Below, in pieces: positions 14,972 to 24,964 of a stretch of DNA of 31,348 nucleotides (positions are counted from its first letter, which is position 1; each line of letters starts with the position of its first letter). A program made the position numbers and the translations under genes. Below the pieces are notes generated by a model that made no database searches, had not been told where the DNA came from, and saw nothing but the letters and a program-made list of their open reading frames with translations. The stretch is from Candidatus Woesebacteria bacterium (GTDB taxonomy: Bacteria; Patescibacteriota; Microgenomatia; UBA12405): contig DAOPUX010000001.1 of assembly GCA_035350835.1 (NCBI GenBank), forward strand, positions 1-31,348, in the 5' to 3' direction.

Positions 14972-16056
14972 GGTTTTTTGAGAAAAAATGATTTATATTT
15001 TTTGTTTTTGACCATTTTACCGATTAGGTCGCGAACATGATAACTGTCGTCAAGATGGCAGATAAGAAGACCATCATCAGTGTCAATGACGGCTAAATTA
15101 CTAACACCGACCAAGCCAATAAGCTTATTTTTGGATCCGTTTATTAAACAATTAGTTGAGTTGTGGGCTAGATAGTTGGTTTGGGAATTGAGGACGGCGT
15201 TGTTGTCGGAGTCTTTGTCTGATCGTTGGTGAATGGATTTCCATTCGCCAATATCGCTCCAATCAAAACTAGCAGGGATAACATAGATTTGATCGCTTTT
15301 TTCGGAGACGGCCCGGTCAATGGCTAAGTCGGGTGATTTGGCGTAAACCTTAGCAATAGTTTTTTTGTCAAGTTGAGAATTGACTAATTGTTGATAAAGT
15401 CGGAAATATTCTGGTTGGAGTTTTTCAACTTCATTGACTATATCAGTTAGGGTAAAAGTATAAATGCCAGAGTTCCAGAGAGCGCCTTTTTTGATGAGAT
15501 TTTGGGCGGTGTCTTTGTCTGGTTTTTCGACAAACAAACTGACGTTGGACAATGGTTGATTTTTTTGGCGGGGAAGAATGTAGCCGTAGGAAGTGTTGGC
15601 AAAAGCAGGCTTGATACCAATAGTGATAATCCGATGGTGATTTTGGGCTAGTTTTTGGGAATTGGCAATATCTTTTCTAAAACTGATTATTTTTTTGATG
15701 TAGTGATCAGCAGGAGTGGTGGTAACCACGGCATCAGGATTAAGTTTTTGGATGTGGGCTAAGGCCAAAAGAATGGCCATGGTGGTATTCTTTTTCTCCG
15801 GCTCATAAATAAAATTTTGGGGTGGAAGTTTCTTGCCCAAGATTTTGTCAATTTTGGCTTGGTATTTTTGGTTGGAGACAATAAAAATGTTTTTTCCGGG
15901 ACAGAATTTTTGGCAACGAGAAAAAGTTTGTTCTAAAAGAGTTTTTTTGCCTAAAATTTTGAGAAATTGTTTAGGATTGCCCGCATGTGAAAGCGGCCAT
16001 AAACGGGGACCACTACCGCCGCAGAGAATGACTACATACTGGTTTGATTTAGCCAT
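14968..16056 (-). CDS. manC: Mannose-1-phosphate guanylyltransferase (GMP domain only)
   Basis: VILCGGSGPRLWPLS...PKQFL, EPEKKNT, PADHYI, YGYI, FVEKPD, WNSG and FDWSDIGEW motifs. No C-terminal PMI cupin. Confidence 0.9.
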   Translation of the reverse strand: MAKSNQYVVILCGGSGPRLWPLSHAGNPKQFLKILGKKTLLEQTFSRCQKFCPGKNIFIVSNQKYQAKIDKILGKKLPPQNFIYEPEKKNTTMAILLALAHIQKLNPDAVVTTTPADHYIKKIISFRKDIANSQKLAQNHHRIITIGIKPAFANTSYGYILPRQKNQPLSNVSLFVEKPDKDTAQNLIKKGALWNSGIYTFTLTDIVNEVEKLQPEYFRLYQQLVNSQLDKKTIAKVYAKSPDLAIDRAVSEKSDQIYVIPASFDWSDIGEWKSIHQRSDKDSDNNAVLNSQTNYLAHNSTNCLINGSKNKLIGLVGVSNLAVIDTDDGLLICHLDDSYHVRDLIGKMVKNKKYKSFFLKKP

Positions 16057-17129
16057 AGTTGGTTGATTGTTTGCTTAAAGTTTAGCATAAATTTTTTGCG
16101 GGAAAATTTGGCGGCATTTTGAACACAGTCGGCGGGAGAAAAATTTTTGGAATCAAATTTGGCTAGGGTTTGGGCCAAAGAATCAGCTGTTTGATGATCA
16201 AAAAATACACCGGTTTGGTGATTGATGACGGTTTCGGTTAGACCACCTTGGTTGAAGGCAATGACGGGTTTGCCACAGGCTTGAGCTTCAAGTGGGGTAA
16301 GACCAAAGTCTTCAATTTGGGGGCAGATGAGAGCTTGGCAGTTTTGATATAGAGAAAGAAGTTTTTTGGGAGAAACTTTGCCGGCAAAAATAACTTGAGA
16401 GTTGGAATTTTGGGCGGCTAATTTGGTTAATCTATAATAATCACGGCCCTGACCGACAATAATCAATTTTTGATTTAGCTGGTGGCAGGCGCGGATAGCA
16501 AGGTCAATTTTTTTGTGTTCGACTAGCCGGGAAACAACTAAAAAATAAGGTGAAACGGTAGGATTGGTTTTGGGGATAAAAAATGAAGTGTCAACTCCGG
16601 GATAAATGACTTTGGCCGGTCTGTTGTAGGCGGATTTTATCCGGCGGCGGACGGTTTGGGAATTGCACAGACAGTAATCCGGTCGCTGCCCGTAAATAAA
16701 ATCGGTTTTTTGATAGTGTTTAAGAATGGGCTTAAGAAATTTAAACTGTTTTGGAGTTTGGTAAAGATAACGGTTAACATTGTGAAAATAACAGACGAAC
16801 AAAGTTGACGGCGGGGTCAAAAGAGAGTGACCGACGGTAGAAGTGGTGGAAATAACAATATCAAATTGAGAAAAATCAAATTTTTCTAGGGCCAGGGGGT
16901 AAAGAGGGGTGTAGATGATGGGGTTTTGGTGACTTAGGGGAAGATGGTTAATAAAAGAAGGGATTACTTTGATTGAGGATGGCAGCCAAGAGGTTTTTTT
17001 GGGGTGATAGTTTAGGGTAAAGACGGTTGCCTGGGGAAAAATTTGTAAAATATCAAGAAGGACCTTTTCGGCGCCGCCCCACTGGTTGAGCCAGTCGTAA
17101 AAAACAGCCACCCTGGGTTTAGCGGTCAT
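16032..17129 (-). CDS. Glycosyltransferase family 4
   Basis: DWLNQWGGAEKVL, VSRLVEHKKID and EDFGLTPLEAQACGKPVIA (EX7E) motifs. Confidence 0.92.
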   Translation of the reverse strand: MTAKPRVAVFYDWLNQWGGAEKVLLDILQIFPQATVFTLNYHPKKTSWLPSSIKVIPSFINHLPLSHQNPIIYTPLYPLALEKFDFSQFDIVISTTSTVGHSLLTPPSTLFVCYFHNVNRYLYQTPKQFKFLKPILKHYQKTDFIYGQRPDYCLCNSQTVRRRIKSAYNRPAKVIYPGVDTSFFIPKTNPTVSPYFLVVSRLVEHKKIDLAIRACHQLNQKLIIVGQGRDYYRLTKLAAQNSNSQVIFAGKVSPKKLLSLYQNCQALICPQIEDFGLTPLEAQACGKPVIAFNQGGLTETVINHQTGVFFDHQTADSLAQTLAKFDSKNFSPADCVQNAAKFSRKKFMLNFKQTINQLWLNQTSM

Positions 17130-18246
17130 TTAGGGTTTTTTGGTAAACAGATAAGGTTTTTTTGGCAGTATTGTCCCAAGAGTATTTGTTTATCTGAAGA
17201 CAACCTTTTTGGATAAGCTGCCGGCGCAGGTTGGGAGTTTTGAGCAACCGAGTTATTTGTTTGACTAATTGACTAGGTTTATAGGGGTCAAAATAAAGAA
17301 CTGAGTCTTGGTAAATTTCGGGCAGACAGCTGCTGTTGGAGGAAATAACCGGGCAGCCCAGGGCCATAGCTTCAAGACCGGTGAGACTAAAACCTTCCAT
17401 AAACGAGGGATGGACTAGAGCAATAGCTTGGGAGTAAATTCGCTTGAACTGACTGTCAGGAATATAACCGAGAAATTCGATTTGGTTGCTAACTTGGTTT
17501 TGTTTGGCTTCGGCTTCGACTTGATGAGTAAAAAAACTTCGGGCGCTGATTATTTTTAATTTTAGTTTTGGAAGTGATCTTAGGGCCTGAATGATAACTT
17601 TGATATTTTTGTGGGGGTAGAGATTGCCGGTATAGAGAAGATAGTCCCCTACTGGCTTGCTTTTAGGATTAACTTGAGAGAGATTTTTTTTGAAATCAGG
17701 ATCGACGGCTTCATGAGTGGTGGTGATTTTGGCGGGAGAAAGATGAAAATGTTTGATAATATACTGACGCCAAAAATCACTGGGGACGATAATAGTATTG
17801 GTTTTGATGGTGATGTGAGTAATCAAAATGTAAAAAAAATATTTTGGCCAATAAAGAAGGGAATTTTTGGTAGTATTGGCTTTGCCTCGGAAAAAATGTT
17901 TAATGAGGTCGTGAATGGTGACAACCGATCGGCCAAAATAAAGCAAAGGTTTGTTGAAATGGGTAAAGTGGACTAAGTCGGGTTTGAGTTTGGAGATGAC
18001 AAGGGGTAAAAGCAACTGTTCTTTGAAAGAATAATGACGGATGTTGGTGGGGATATAATTGAAACTATTTCCAAGATCGGTTTTGATATCGGAAAGAAGT
18101 TCAGGGTAAACAAGGAGACTAAAGCGGTAGTGAGAGAAATCAGGTTGGTGAGTAAGAGACAATAAAACATTTTTGGTATAGCGACCGATGCCAGTATGTT
18201 TGGGGCCGTAAAGCCTGGCGTCAATAACAATATGCTTTTTGGTCAT
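17119..18246 (-). CDS. Glycosyltransferase family 4 (mannosyltransferase-like)
   Basis: IDARLYG...TGIGRY, VVTIHDL, GNLYPHKN and EGFSLTGLEAMALGCPVISSN motifs. Confidence 0.92.
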   Translation of the reverse strand: MTKKHIVIDARLYGPKHTGIGRYTKNVLLSLTHQPDFSHYRFSLLVYPELLSDIKTDLGNSFNYIPTNIRHYSFKEQLLLPLVISKLKPDLVHFTHFNKPLLYFGRSVVTIHDLIKHFFRGKANTTKNSLLYWPKYFFYILITHITIKTNTIIVPSDFWRQYIIKHFHLSPAKITTTHEAVDPDFKKNLSQVNPKSKPVGDYLLYTGNLYPHKNIKVIIQALRSLPKLKLKIISARSFFTHQVEAEAKQNQVSNQIEFLGYIPDSQFKRIYSQAIALVHPSFMEGFSLTGLEAMALGCPVISSNSSCLPEIYQDSVLYFDPYKPSQLVKQITRLLKTPNLRRQLIQKGCLQINKYSWDNTAKKTLSVYQKTLNDR

Positions 18247-19166
18247 AAATATTTGGCTTTGAAGAGGCGTTTGATTTCTAGAAGTTTAATACCACCAAGG
18301 ACTAGTTGCCGGGTGAAAAAATTATATTTTGAAAACAGATTTCGTTGATAAAAGATTTTCATAGCTTCGGTGCTGGATTTGGCGGCCAAAATTTTGGTGC
18401 TGCGGTTGGCTGAAGAGAGTTTTTGACTTTGTGATTTTATGCCGGAAGAAATGCCCTGAAAATGGGTAATCTGACAGTGGGGATTGAAATACAATTTATA
18501 TTTTTTTTGGTAAAGTTGGTAACAAAAATCAAGATCTTCGCCATAAAAGAAATATGATTCATTCCACCAGTTTATGTTTTGACCGACAGATTTTTTGACC
18601 ATGAGAAAGGCGCCGACACAGGCTTCGATAGGGTGAATGGTGGAAGTGTCTAGGTGACCCAGAAAATAACCGTTAAAAAATTTTGACTTGGGGAAGAGTT
18701 TGGAAATACCGCTAAAATAACAAAATGAACGCCAAGGAGTGGGAAAGCCGCGATGGCATTCCGGCTGCATTTGACCGGTTTTGGCAAGTTTAATATAACA
18801 AGTGGCGGCGGAGGCGTCTGGCTGGCGGTTGAAAAAGTCAATCATGGTTTTTAGAGTCTTGGGTTGGACAATGGTGTCGGGGTTGAGAAAAAGAACATAC
18901 TTAGTGTTGGGATTGATAATTTTGACGCCTTGATTGTTGCCAGCAGCAAAACCAAGATTTTTTTTGAGAACCAAATATTTAACCCACTTATGTTTGTCTT
19001 TTTGGGCTAATTTAAGACTAAGGTCGGTGGAGGCATTATCGACAACAATGGTTTCAATGGCGTAATTGCCCAGATTTGATCGGGAAATGCTTTTGAGACA
19101 ACGGCGAAGATAGTCGGCAGAATTATAGTTAAGGATAATAATTGAGAGATCAATTCTTTTTGACAT
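18243..19166 (-). CDS. Glycosyltransferase family 2 (WbbL/rhamnosyltransferase-like)
   Basis: LSIIILNYNS, VVDNASTD, NLGFAAGNN, LFLNPDT, VGAFLMV and FFYGEDLDFC motifs. Confidence 0.92.
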   Translation of the reverse strand: MSKRIDLSIIILNYNSADYLRRCLKSISRSNLGNYAIETIVVDNASTDLSLKLAQKDKHKWVKYLVLKKNLGFAAGNNQGVKIINPNTKYVLFLNPDTIVQPKTLKTMIDFFNRQPDASAATCYIKLAKTGQMQPECHRGFPTPWRSFCYFSGISKLFPKSKFFNGYFLGHLDTSTIHPIEACVGAFLMVKKSVGQNINWWNESYFFYGEDLDFCYQLYQKKYKLYFNPHCQITHFQGISSGIKSQSQKLSSANRSTKILAAKSSTEAMKIFYQRNLFSKYNFFTRQLVLGGIKLLEIKRLFKAKYL

Positions 19167-20376
19167 TGGTAATCTTTTGGTAAATTTTGTTCAGGCCATC
19201 AACACTATTTTGGTAGGAGTATTTTTTGGCGATTAATTTGTTGGCTGCCTCCCCCATGGCCTGGCGCTGATGGTGATTTTTGAGTAAATTGATAGCATTT
19301 TTGGGAACTTGATCATAATCGCAGACAATGGATTCTTTGAAATTTTCGATTTTGATACCACCCATACCTTCGGGGGTGGTAACGATGGGAAGACGGCAGG
19401 CCATAGCTTCTAAAAACTTGTTTCGGGTGCCGCCGCCGCTGCCCATGGGAGCCAAAAGTATCCAGCAATATTGGTAAAAATACATAGGATCTTGTGGCTG
19501 ACCGTCAAAGTCAGCTTCCTGAACAATAACGTCGGGCGATTGGTAGTGACCGTAATAGTCGGGAGCATGTCGGCCGATGATGTAAAGTTTACAGTCTGGA
19601 ATGACTTGTTTGATAGCCGGCCAGGAGTCTTTGATGATCATTTCGACTGATTCCCGGTTTTGCATCCATTTCATATTGGAAACTCCAAACAAGACGGAGG
19701 GAAATTTGCTCCGGGGGGTCTTGGGTTTGGATTTAAAAAATTTATTGTCAACTCCGTTTTGAAATAATTCAATGTCGTTTCGCCCGGTAACTTGGGAAAT
19801 CAGCTCACGGTCTTCTTGGGCAAAAGCGACAACGGTATGTGTGTTTTTCCAATAATGAGTTTCCCAATATTTGAGTTTGAGAACGTCAATCCAGAAAATT
19901 GGTTTAAAGATTTTTTTCCAGCCGGAAAGAGTTTCAACGTAGTGTTGATAAACCGCATATTCAACGGTTAAATCAACCAAAACGATGGGGATTTTGGTTT
20001 TGGGTATATTGGGCATGGGATAGAAACAATCGCAGTGAATCAAATCAAATTTGTTATTATCTAGCTCGTGTTTGATGGCTTGACGGAAGTTTTTGTTGAT
20101 ATGTTTCATGACGAGGAACGGATATTTGCTTAGACCGGTTAAAAGAACTTTTTTAGGATCCCAGGTTTTGCCCCGTTTAACAACGATAACCTTGGAACAA
20201 TATTGTTTAATGTCTTCTAAACCTTCTTCATCGGGGCTGAGGCAAATTAGGGTGATATTGTTGTCGGGGGAGAGATATTTGATGGAATAGAATGAGCTGT
20301 TTTGACCGCCGGATTGGGACAGTCGGGGGATATAGGGAGTAATCATTAAAATGTTTCGTTTATTTTTTTGAGTCAT
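19150..20376 (-). CDS. Glycosyltransferase family 4
   Basis: NILMITPYIP, NGVD and APMGSGGGTRNKFLEAMACRLPIVTT motifs. Confidence 0.88.
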   Translation of the reverse strand: MTQKNKRNILMITPYIPRLSQSGGQNSSFYSIKYLSPDNNITLICLSPDEEGLEDIKQYCSKVIVVKRGKTWDPKKVLLTGLSKYPFLVMKHINKNFRQAIKHELDNNKFDLIHCDCFYPMPNIPKTKIPIVLVDLTVEYAVYQHYVETLSGWKKIFKPIFWIDVLKLKYWETHYWKNTHTVVAFAQEDRELISQVTGRNDIELFQNGVDNKFFKSKPKTPRSKFPSVLFGVSNMKWMQNRESVEMIIKDSWPAIKQVIPDCKLYIIGRHAPDYYGHYQSPDVIVQEADFDGQPQDPMYFYQYCWILLAPMGSGGGTRNKFLEAMACRLPIVTTPEGMGGIKIENFKESIVCDYDQVPKNAINLLKNHHQRQAMGEAANKLIAKKYSYQNSVDGLNKIYQKITNVKKN

Positions 20377-21763
20377 TTTTTAGATTTAAAGATTGATAAT
20401 AACAGCCTAACATAATCCAAAAGAGGTAAGCGGTTTTTGAAGCTTCAAAAACATCAATAAAAACGGCATTTGCCAAAGTGGTAATAAGACCACCAAAGCA
20501 GATTAAGGAAATCATATCATAGGTATTTTTTGATTTTTTGAAAATAAGAGGAATGGTTTTGATAAAAAAGTAGAAAATGAGAGCAGAAAAAGTGATAAGT
20601 CCTAATAGTCCGCTTTCACCCAAACACCTGAGATAATCATTGTCGGTAGCCAGAGTGATTGACCCTAAACCGCTGCCGACAAGTGGATTGCGGCGCCAAG
20701 CAGTGATGGCTCGGGGCCATTCGGCATTGAAGCGAATTTCGCCGGATCTGGCAACGCCAACGTCGGCATCAACAGGAGGATAGGTTTCCGGTTGATGTCT
20801 GACAACAGTGGGAGTGGGTTTGATAATCTGACCGGGAATGGGGGTTAACTTTGGGGTGGATATGGTGGGAGTAGGAATAATAGTGGGGGCGGGAGCGAAA
20901 TTATTTGAGGATTTAAACTGGTTTTTTAGGGCGGGAATGGTGGCAATGAGGCGTTGATTAAGATCACCGGAATTAAAAATACTGAAAATAACTAAACCGG
21001 TGACGGGAATAATCCAAAAATATTTTTTGATAAAAATAAGAGTAAGACAAACTCCACCCAAAAAGGCAAAAATTGAAACCCGAGAAGCGGTTAGAGTAAG
21101 AATATAGTATGACGGTAACCAGACTAATAAGCTGACGATTTTGGTAAATTTATTTTGGCTTAAGAGAAAAATTGCCAGAATAATAATAAGAGCGACGCTG
21201 AGAAAAGCAGCCAAATCATAATGACCGGCAAAAGTAGAACTGATTCGGGTCCAAATATTCATCTGCAGCAGTTGGCCTTTGGAAAATTCTGAATTCATAG
21301 TGGAAACCACAGGAAAATGAAGATATTTTTGGCCATAACCATAAAAAGTGACTAATCCGGTGGCAATAAGGAAAAAATAGTAAATAAACTTAAAATCACT
21401 TATGGATTTGACGGCATCAAGGGTAATAAAAAATAAAGACATATATTCAAAACGGCGGAAAAGGTGGAGCAAAAGAATATTGGTAGGTTCGGTCTGGTAG
21501 ATAAGATAGGCGTGAACAAAGCTAACAAAAATAGCTAAAAAATAGAGAAAAAATAGTTTGGTTATTTTTAGCTTGAGAAAGGAAAAACCATTGGTTACCT
21601 GATAAATAAACCAGGTTAAGACGGCCAAGGCAACGATGATATCATCCAGACGGACAGCAACATAGGTATTGGGGACATTAAACAAGGGAAATTTAGGATA
21701 AAGAGGAATAAAAACGATGAGAATGGCAATAATTGATTTGATGGGGTTTATATTTTTGAACAT
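20360..21763 (-). CDS. O-antigen ligase/Wzy polymerase-like polytopic membrane protein
   Basis: About 11-12 TM helices, RISSTF, LTASRVS, NPLVGSGLGS and DNDYLRCLGESGLLG (Wzy_C-like). Pro/Thr-rich external loop. Confidence 0.78.
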   Translation of the reverse strand: MFKNINPIKSIIAILIVFIPLYPKFPLFNVPNTYVAVRLDDIIVALAVLTWFIYQVTNGFSFLKLKITKLFFLYFLAIFVSFVHAYLIYQTEPTNILLLHLFRRFEYMSLFFITLDAVKSISDFKFIYYFFLIATGLVTFYGYGQKYLHFPVVSTMNSEFSKGQLLQMNIWTRISSTFAGHYDLAAFLSVALIIILAIFLLSQNKFTKIVSLLVWLPSYYILTLTASRVSIFAFLGGVCLTLIFIKKYFWIIPVTGLVIFSIFNSGDLNQRLIATIPALKNQFKSSNNFAPAPTIIPTPTISTPKLTPIPGQIIKPTPTVVRHQPETYPPVDADVGVARSGEIRFNAEWPRAITAWRRNPLVGSGLGSITLATDNDYLRCLGESGLLGLITFSALIFYFFIKTIPLIFKKSKNTYDMISLICFGGLITTLANAVFIDVFEASKTAYLFWIMLGCYYQSLNLKNDSKK

Positions 21764-22677
21764 GCTTGAAGGTAAACGGGAGAAAAATGAATAACGGATC
21801 TGATGAGGGCGTTGATTTTGAGTAAAAATTTAACCAGAGGATACTGCCATTTGGGTTTGTGCTTTTGGAAAAAGGAGAGAAAACCTTTGTATTCGTTTAA
21901 GATTGGGTCAAGTTTTTTGGCGGCTGAAGCCCTGCCCAAATGAATTATCTGCGGACCAATAAGATACCAGACGTGATTGTTGGGAGTAGTTTGGCTGATT
22001 CTGTAGGAAAGTTCAAGTTCTTCGCCATACATAAAATAATTTTCATCAAAACCACCAACTTTATCTAAGAGTGGTTTTCGGGTCAGGAAAAAGGCACCGG
22101 TAACCCAGTCCTGGCGGTGATCTGAAAGATAAAACCTGTCTTTGGTATAAAATTCGGGGGTGTGAGGGTGAATAGGTCTGATAATTTTGTTGACCAAAGG
22201 GAGGTCATCAAGATTTAGACACCAGGTAAAAACATTGCCAAGGTTTGGGAAAAAACCTCCGGAGGCTTGAATAGTTTTGTCTTGATTTAAAAGCTGGGCG
22301 GTGCAGGTGGAACTTTCCGGATGGGAACAGAGCCAATCGAGTGATTGACTGATGGCGGAATGAAGAATTAGGGTGTCGGAGTTGAGAAATAAAATATAGT
22401 TGCCGGAAGCAATTTTTAAGCCTTGATTGTTGGCTTTGCCAAAACCATGATTGGTTTTGTTGGCAATTAATTTTAGGGAAATGTTTTTGGATTTGAGATT
22501 GATTTTGAAGCGATTAATTTTAGTAAGGCTGTCGTCTTGGGAATTGTTGTCGATGATAATAATTTCGTAGTCAATTTGGTTAAGACCTTTATCCTGGATA
22601 ATTGATTTGAGACAATTTAGGGTAATATCGGCGGTGTTGTAGGAAACTATAATGATAGAAAGAATGGGATTAATCAT
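21748..22677 (-). CDS. Glycosyltransferase family 2
   Basis: LSIIIVSYNT, IIDNNSQD, GFGKANNQG, LFLNSDT, VTGAF and FDENYFMYGEE motifs. Confidence 0.92.
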   Translation of the reverse strand: MINPILSIIIVSYNTADITLNCLKSIIQDKGLNQIDYEIIIIDNNSQDDSLTKINRFKINLKSKNISLKLIANKTNHGFGKANNQGLKIASGNYILFLNSDTLILHSAISQSLDWLCSHPESSTCTAQLLNQDKTIQASGGFFPNLGNVFTWCLNLDDLPLVNKIIRPIHPHTPEFYTKDRFYLSDHRQDWVTGAFFLTRKPLLDKVGGFDENYFMYGEELELSYRISQTTPNNHVWYLIGPQIIHLGRASAAKKLDPILNEYKGFLSFFQKHKPKWQYPLVKFLLKINALIRSVIHFSPVYLQACSKI

Positions 22678-23209
22678 GTTTGATAGAGAATTTAAGCACC
22701 AAAACGGTAGTAATTAGAGCAATTTCGGTGATAAAAAAGGTAATAATCCGACCGGGAATGTCGGTAGGAAAACGACGGAGAGTGATTTTGGCGTGATATT
22801 CTTTGCCTTCGTAGATCAATTTGTTTTTGATGCGGTTTTCGGGTTTGGTAAAAACATCTTGTTCCCACTCAAAACCGTTGATATAGAGAGATTCTTTGAG
22901 AGGGAGGACAATTTCTTCTAGATAATAGCTGGGGATGGTGTCAACAATAACTTGTTTGGCTTTTTCCGGCGGATGATTGAGATTGATTCTAAAAAGACCG
23001 GTGTAGTAGGCTTTGTAAAAATTCATAACTTCAGTCCGACTCATATTGGTGTAATAGGCCGTGACGTGGCTTATTTGAACCGTATCGCCGGGTAGATTTG
23101 ATTTGACGCTATTGGGCAAGTCTGGCAGTGAAGGTAAGGGATAAACAAGGTAAATTAGGGCAAAAATATTGAAAATGACAAAAAGGAAATAAAAGATTTT
23201 TTTGGTCAT
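22670..23209 (-). CDS. Hypothetical membrane protein (N- and C-terminal TM helices)
   Basis: 179 aa with hydrophobic helices at both ends around a soluble domain. Overlaps both neighbours. No family recognised. Confidence 0.6.
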   Translation of the reverse strand: MTKKIFYFLFVIFNIFALIYLVYPLPSLPDLPNSVKSNLPGDTVQISHVTAYYTNMSRTEVMNFYKAYYTGLFRINLNHPPEKAKQVIVDTIPSYYLEEIVLPLKESLYINGFEWEQDVFTKPENRIKNKLIYEGKEYHAKITLRRFPTDIPGRIITFFITEIALITTVLVLKFSIKHD

Positions 23210-23802
23210 TATTGAAACAACATGGGGCGGCCAAGTTTATAATTTGGACGGCTGATTTTGCGATGGGAAATTTTTTGAGCCGGAACTCCGCCCCAGATTT
23301 CAAATTCGGGAATATCTTTGGTAACAACGGCTCCAGCGGCAACAACAGCGCCGGTGCCGATTTTGACGTTGGGTAAAATAATGGCTCTGGGTCCGATAAA
23401 AACATAATCACCAATAGTAATCGGTCCAAATGAGTTGCCATAATCGGGAGAATTTATTTCGTGTTCATCGTTGTAAATAAGCACTTGGCTGGCAATGCCG
23501 ACATGGCTGCCAATTTTGAGTGGAGCCCGGCCGTCTAAAAAACAATGATCACCAATGATAGTGTCATGACCAATGCTGATATTACTGGGCTTAAAAAAGT
23601 TGGCGCCGATGTGGATGGTTGAATCCCAAGGGAGATTGATGCCGGAAACAAGGTAAAAAATTTTTCTGAGAGAATGGACGGGAATATAGCCGACAAATCT
23701 GAGGATCATGAGCCAAAATTCTAAGAAGATGGTGGAAATTCGGGTGGTGACTTTTTGAAAAATTTGATTTGGGGAGAGATCTTTGCCGGTGCGGTCTTTC
23801 AT
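23209..23802 (-). CDS. Hexapeptide-repeat (left-handed beta-helix) O-acyltransferase
   Basis: ISIGHDTIIG, LKIGSHVGI, ITIGDYVFIG, VKIGTGAVVAAGAVVTKD and GGVPA motifs. Confidence 0.9.
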   Translation of the reverse strand: MKDRTGKDLSPNQIFQKVTTRISTIFLEFWLMILRFVGYIPVHSLRKIFYLVSGINLPWDSTIHIGANFFKPSNISIGHDTIIGDHCFLDGRAPLKIGSHVGIASQVLIYNDEHEINSPDYGNSFGPITIGDYVFIGPRAIILPNVKIGTGAVVAAGAVVTKDIPEFEIWGGVPAQKISHRKISRPNYKLGRPMLFQ

Positions 23803-23808
23803 AAACAG

Positions 23809-23814
23809 ATTATA
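23809..23814 (-). promoter_or_regulatory. -10 element TATAAT 6 nt before the acyltransferase start codon
   Basis: TATAAT-ctgttt-ATG; consensus hexamer at leaderless spacing. Confidence 0.45.
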
Positions 23815-23849
23815 GTTAAATTCTGAGGTTTGTGCCAGTAGCGAAAGGT

Positions 23850-24959
23850 TTATAAAGTTTGAAAAACTTTGATAACTGAGCTAGCGGTGTTGGTCCAGCT
23901 AAATTTGTCAGCCTGAATTTTGCCGAGCTTTGAATAATGTTGACGAGTTTTTTTGTCAGTAATTTTTATCATTTTTTGACAGAGGTCGGACTCGTTGGCG
24001 GGGTTGATAAATAAGCCATTGGTTTTGACAACCTCTCTGAAGGGGGGAATATTGGAGACAATAACCGGGGTGCCGACTTTCATAGATTCGATGGCGGGAA
24101 TACCAAAACCTTCGTAGGTGCTGGGCAAAACAGAAGTAATAGCATGTTGGTAGAGAGTCCATTTTTGATCTTCGGTAACAAAGTCGGTAAAAATAACCCG
24201 GTCTTCAATCCCCTGTTGTTGGACAGTGGCAAAAATTTCGTCAAACAGCCAACCTTTTTTGCCGGCGATAACCAGTTTAACTGACGGTTGAGATTTGTCG
24301 GATTGAAGATACCTAAAGAAAGATCTGATAAGAAAAGGAATATTTTTGTTGGGTTTGAGAGTGCCCAGATAAAGGAAATAATTACCTGATTGCAGATGGT
24401 AGGTTTTTAGAATTTTTTGTTGAGCCAGATGATTTATTTTGGGCGGGGAATCGACACCGTTGTAGGCAATAGTAATTTTGTCGGGATTAATATGGTAGGT
24501 TTTTATAAGTTCGTCTTTGGAAAACTGAGAGACGGTAATAATATGTTTGGCTTGCCGGAGAGATTGTTGGGTCCAGTGAATTAATTGGTGTAAGTCTTTT
24601 TGGTTAAACTGGTGGGGAAATTTGAGATAGCCGATGTCGTGGATAGTGGGAATGGTGGGAAAACGGGAAAAAATCGGTGAATAATGGCTGGGAGAAAAAA
24701 ATAAATCTAGTTTTTGTTTTTGAAATAATAAATGGAGCGGGAGAGCAAACCGAGTCCAGAGTTTGCTTGGGCCAAAGACTAAATAATGCCAATTGGGTCG
24801 GGCGGGAGGGAGATCATGGCTGGGCTGGTCTTTGAGATAAATTAGATAATGGTTTTGTTTGTCTTGTTGGTAAAGATGCCAGAGAAGTTTGAAGGCGTAT
24901 TGACCGACACCGACTTTGTTGACAATATTAGCTTCGTTGCCGTCGATTCCAATTAACAT
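23850..24959 (-). CDS. Glycosyltransferase family 4
   Basis: MLIGIDG, TIHDIGY, LGTLKPNKN and YEGFGIPAIESMKVGTPVIVSN motifs. Confidence 0.92.
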   Translation of the reverse strand: MLIGIDGNEANIVNKVGVGQYAFKLLWHLYQQDKQNHYLIYLKDQPSHDLPPARPNWHYLVFGPSKLWTRFALPLHLLFQKQKLDLFFSPSHYSPIFSRFPTIPTIHDIGYLKFPHQFNQKDLHQLIHWTQQSLRQAKHIITVSQFSKDELIKTYHINPDKITIAYNGVDSPPKINHLAQQKILKTYHLQSGNYFLYLGTLKPNKNIPFLIRSFFRYLQSDKSQPSVKLVIAGKKGWLFDEIFATVQQQGIEDRVIFTDFVTEDQKWTLYQHAITSVLPSTYEGFGIPAIESMKVGTPVIVSNIPPFREVVKTNGLFINPANESDLCQKMIKITDKKTRQHYSKLGKIQADKFSWTNTASSVIKVFQTL

Positions 24960-24964
24960 AATTG

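Noticed and set aside
15985-16030. ManC N-terminal motif variant GGSGPRLWPLSH as loss of function
   Set aside because: The key Arg, Lys and later motifs (PKQFL, EKP, WNSG, WSDIG) are retained, so this is probably ordinary drift.
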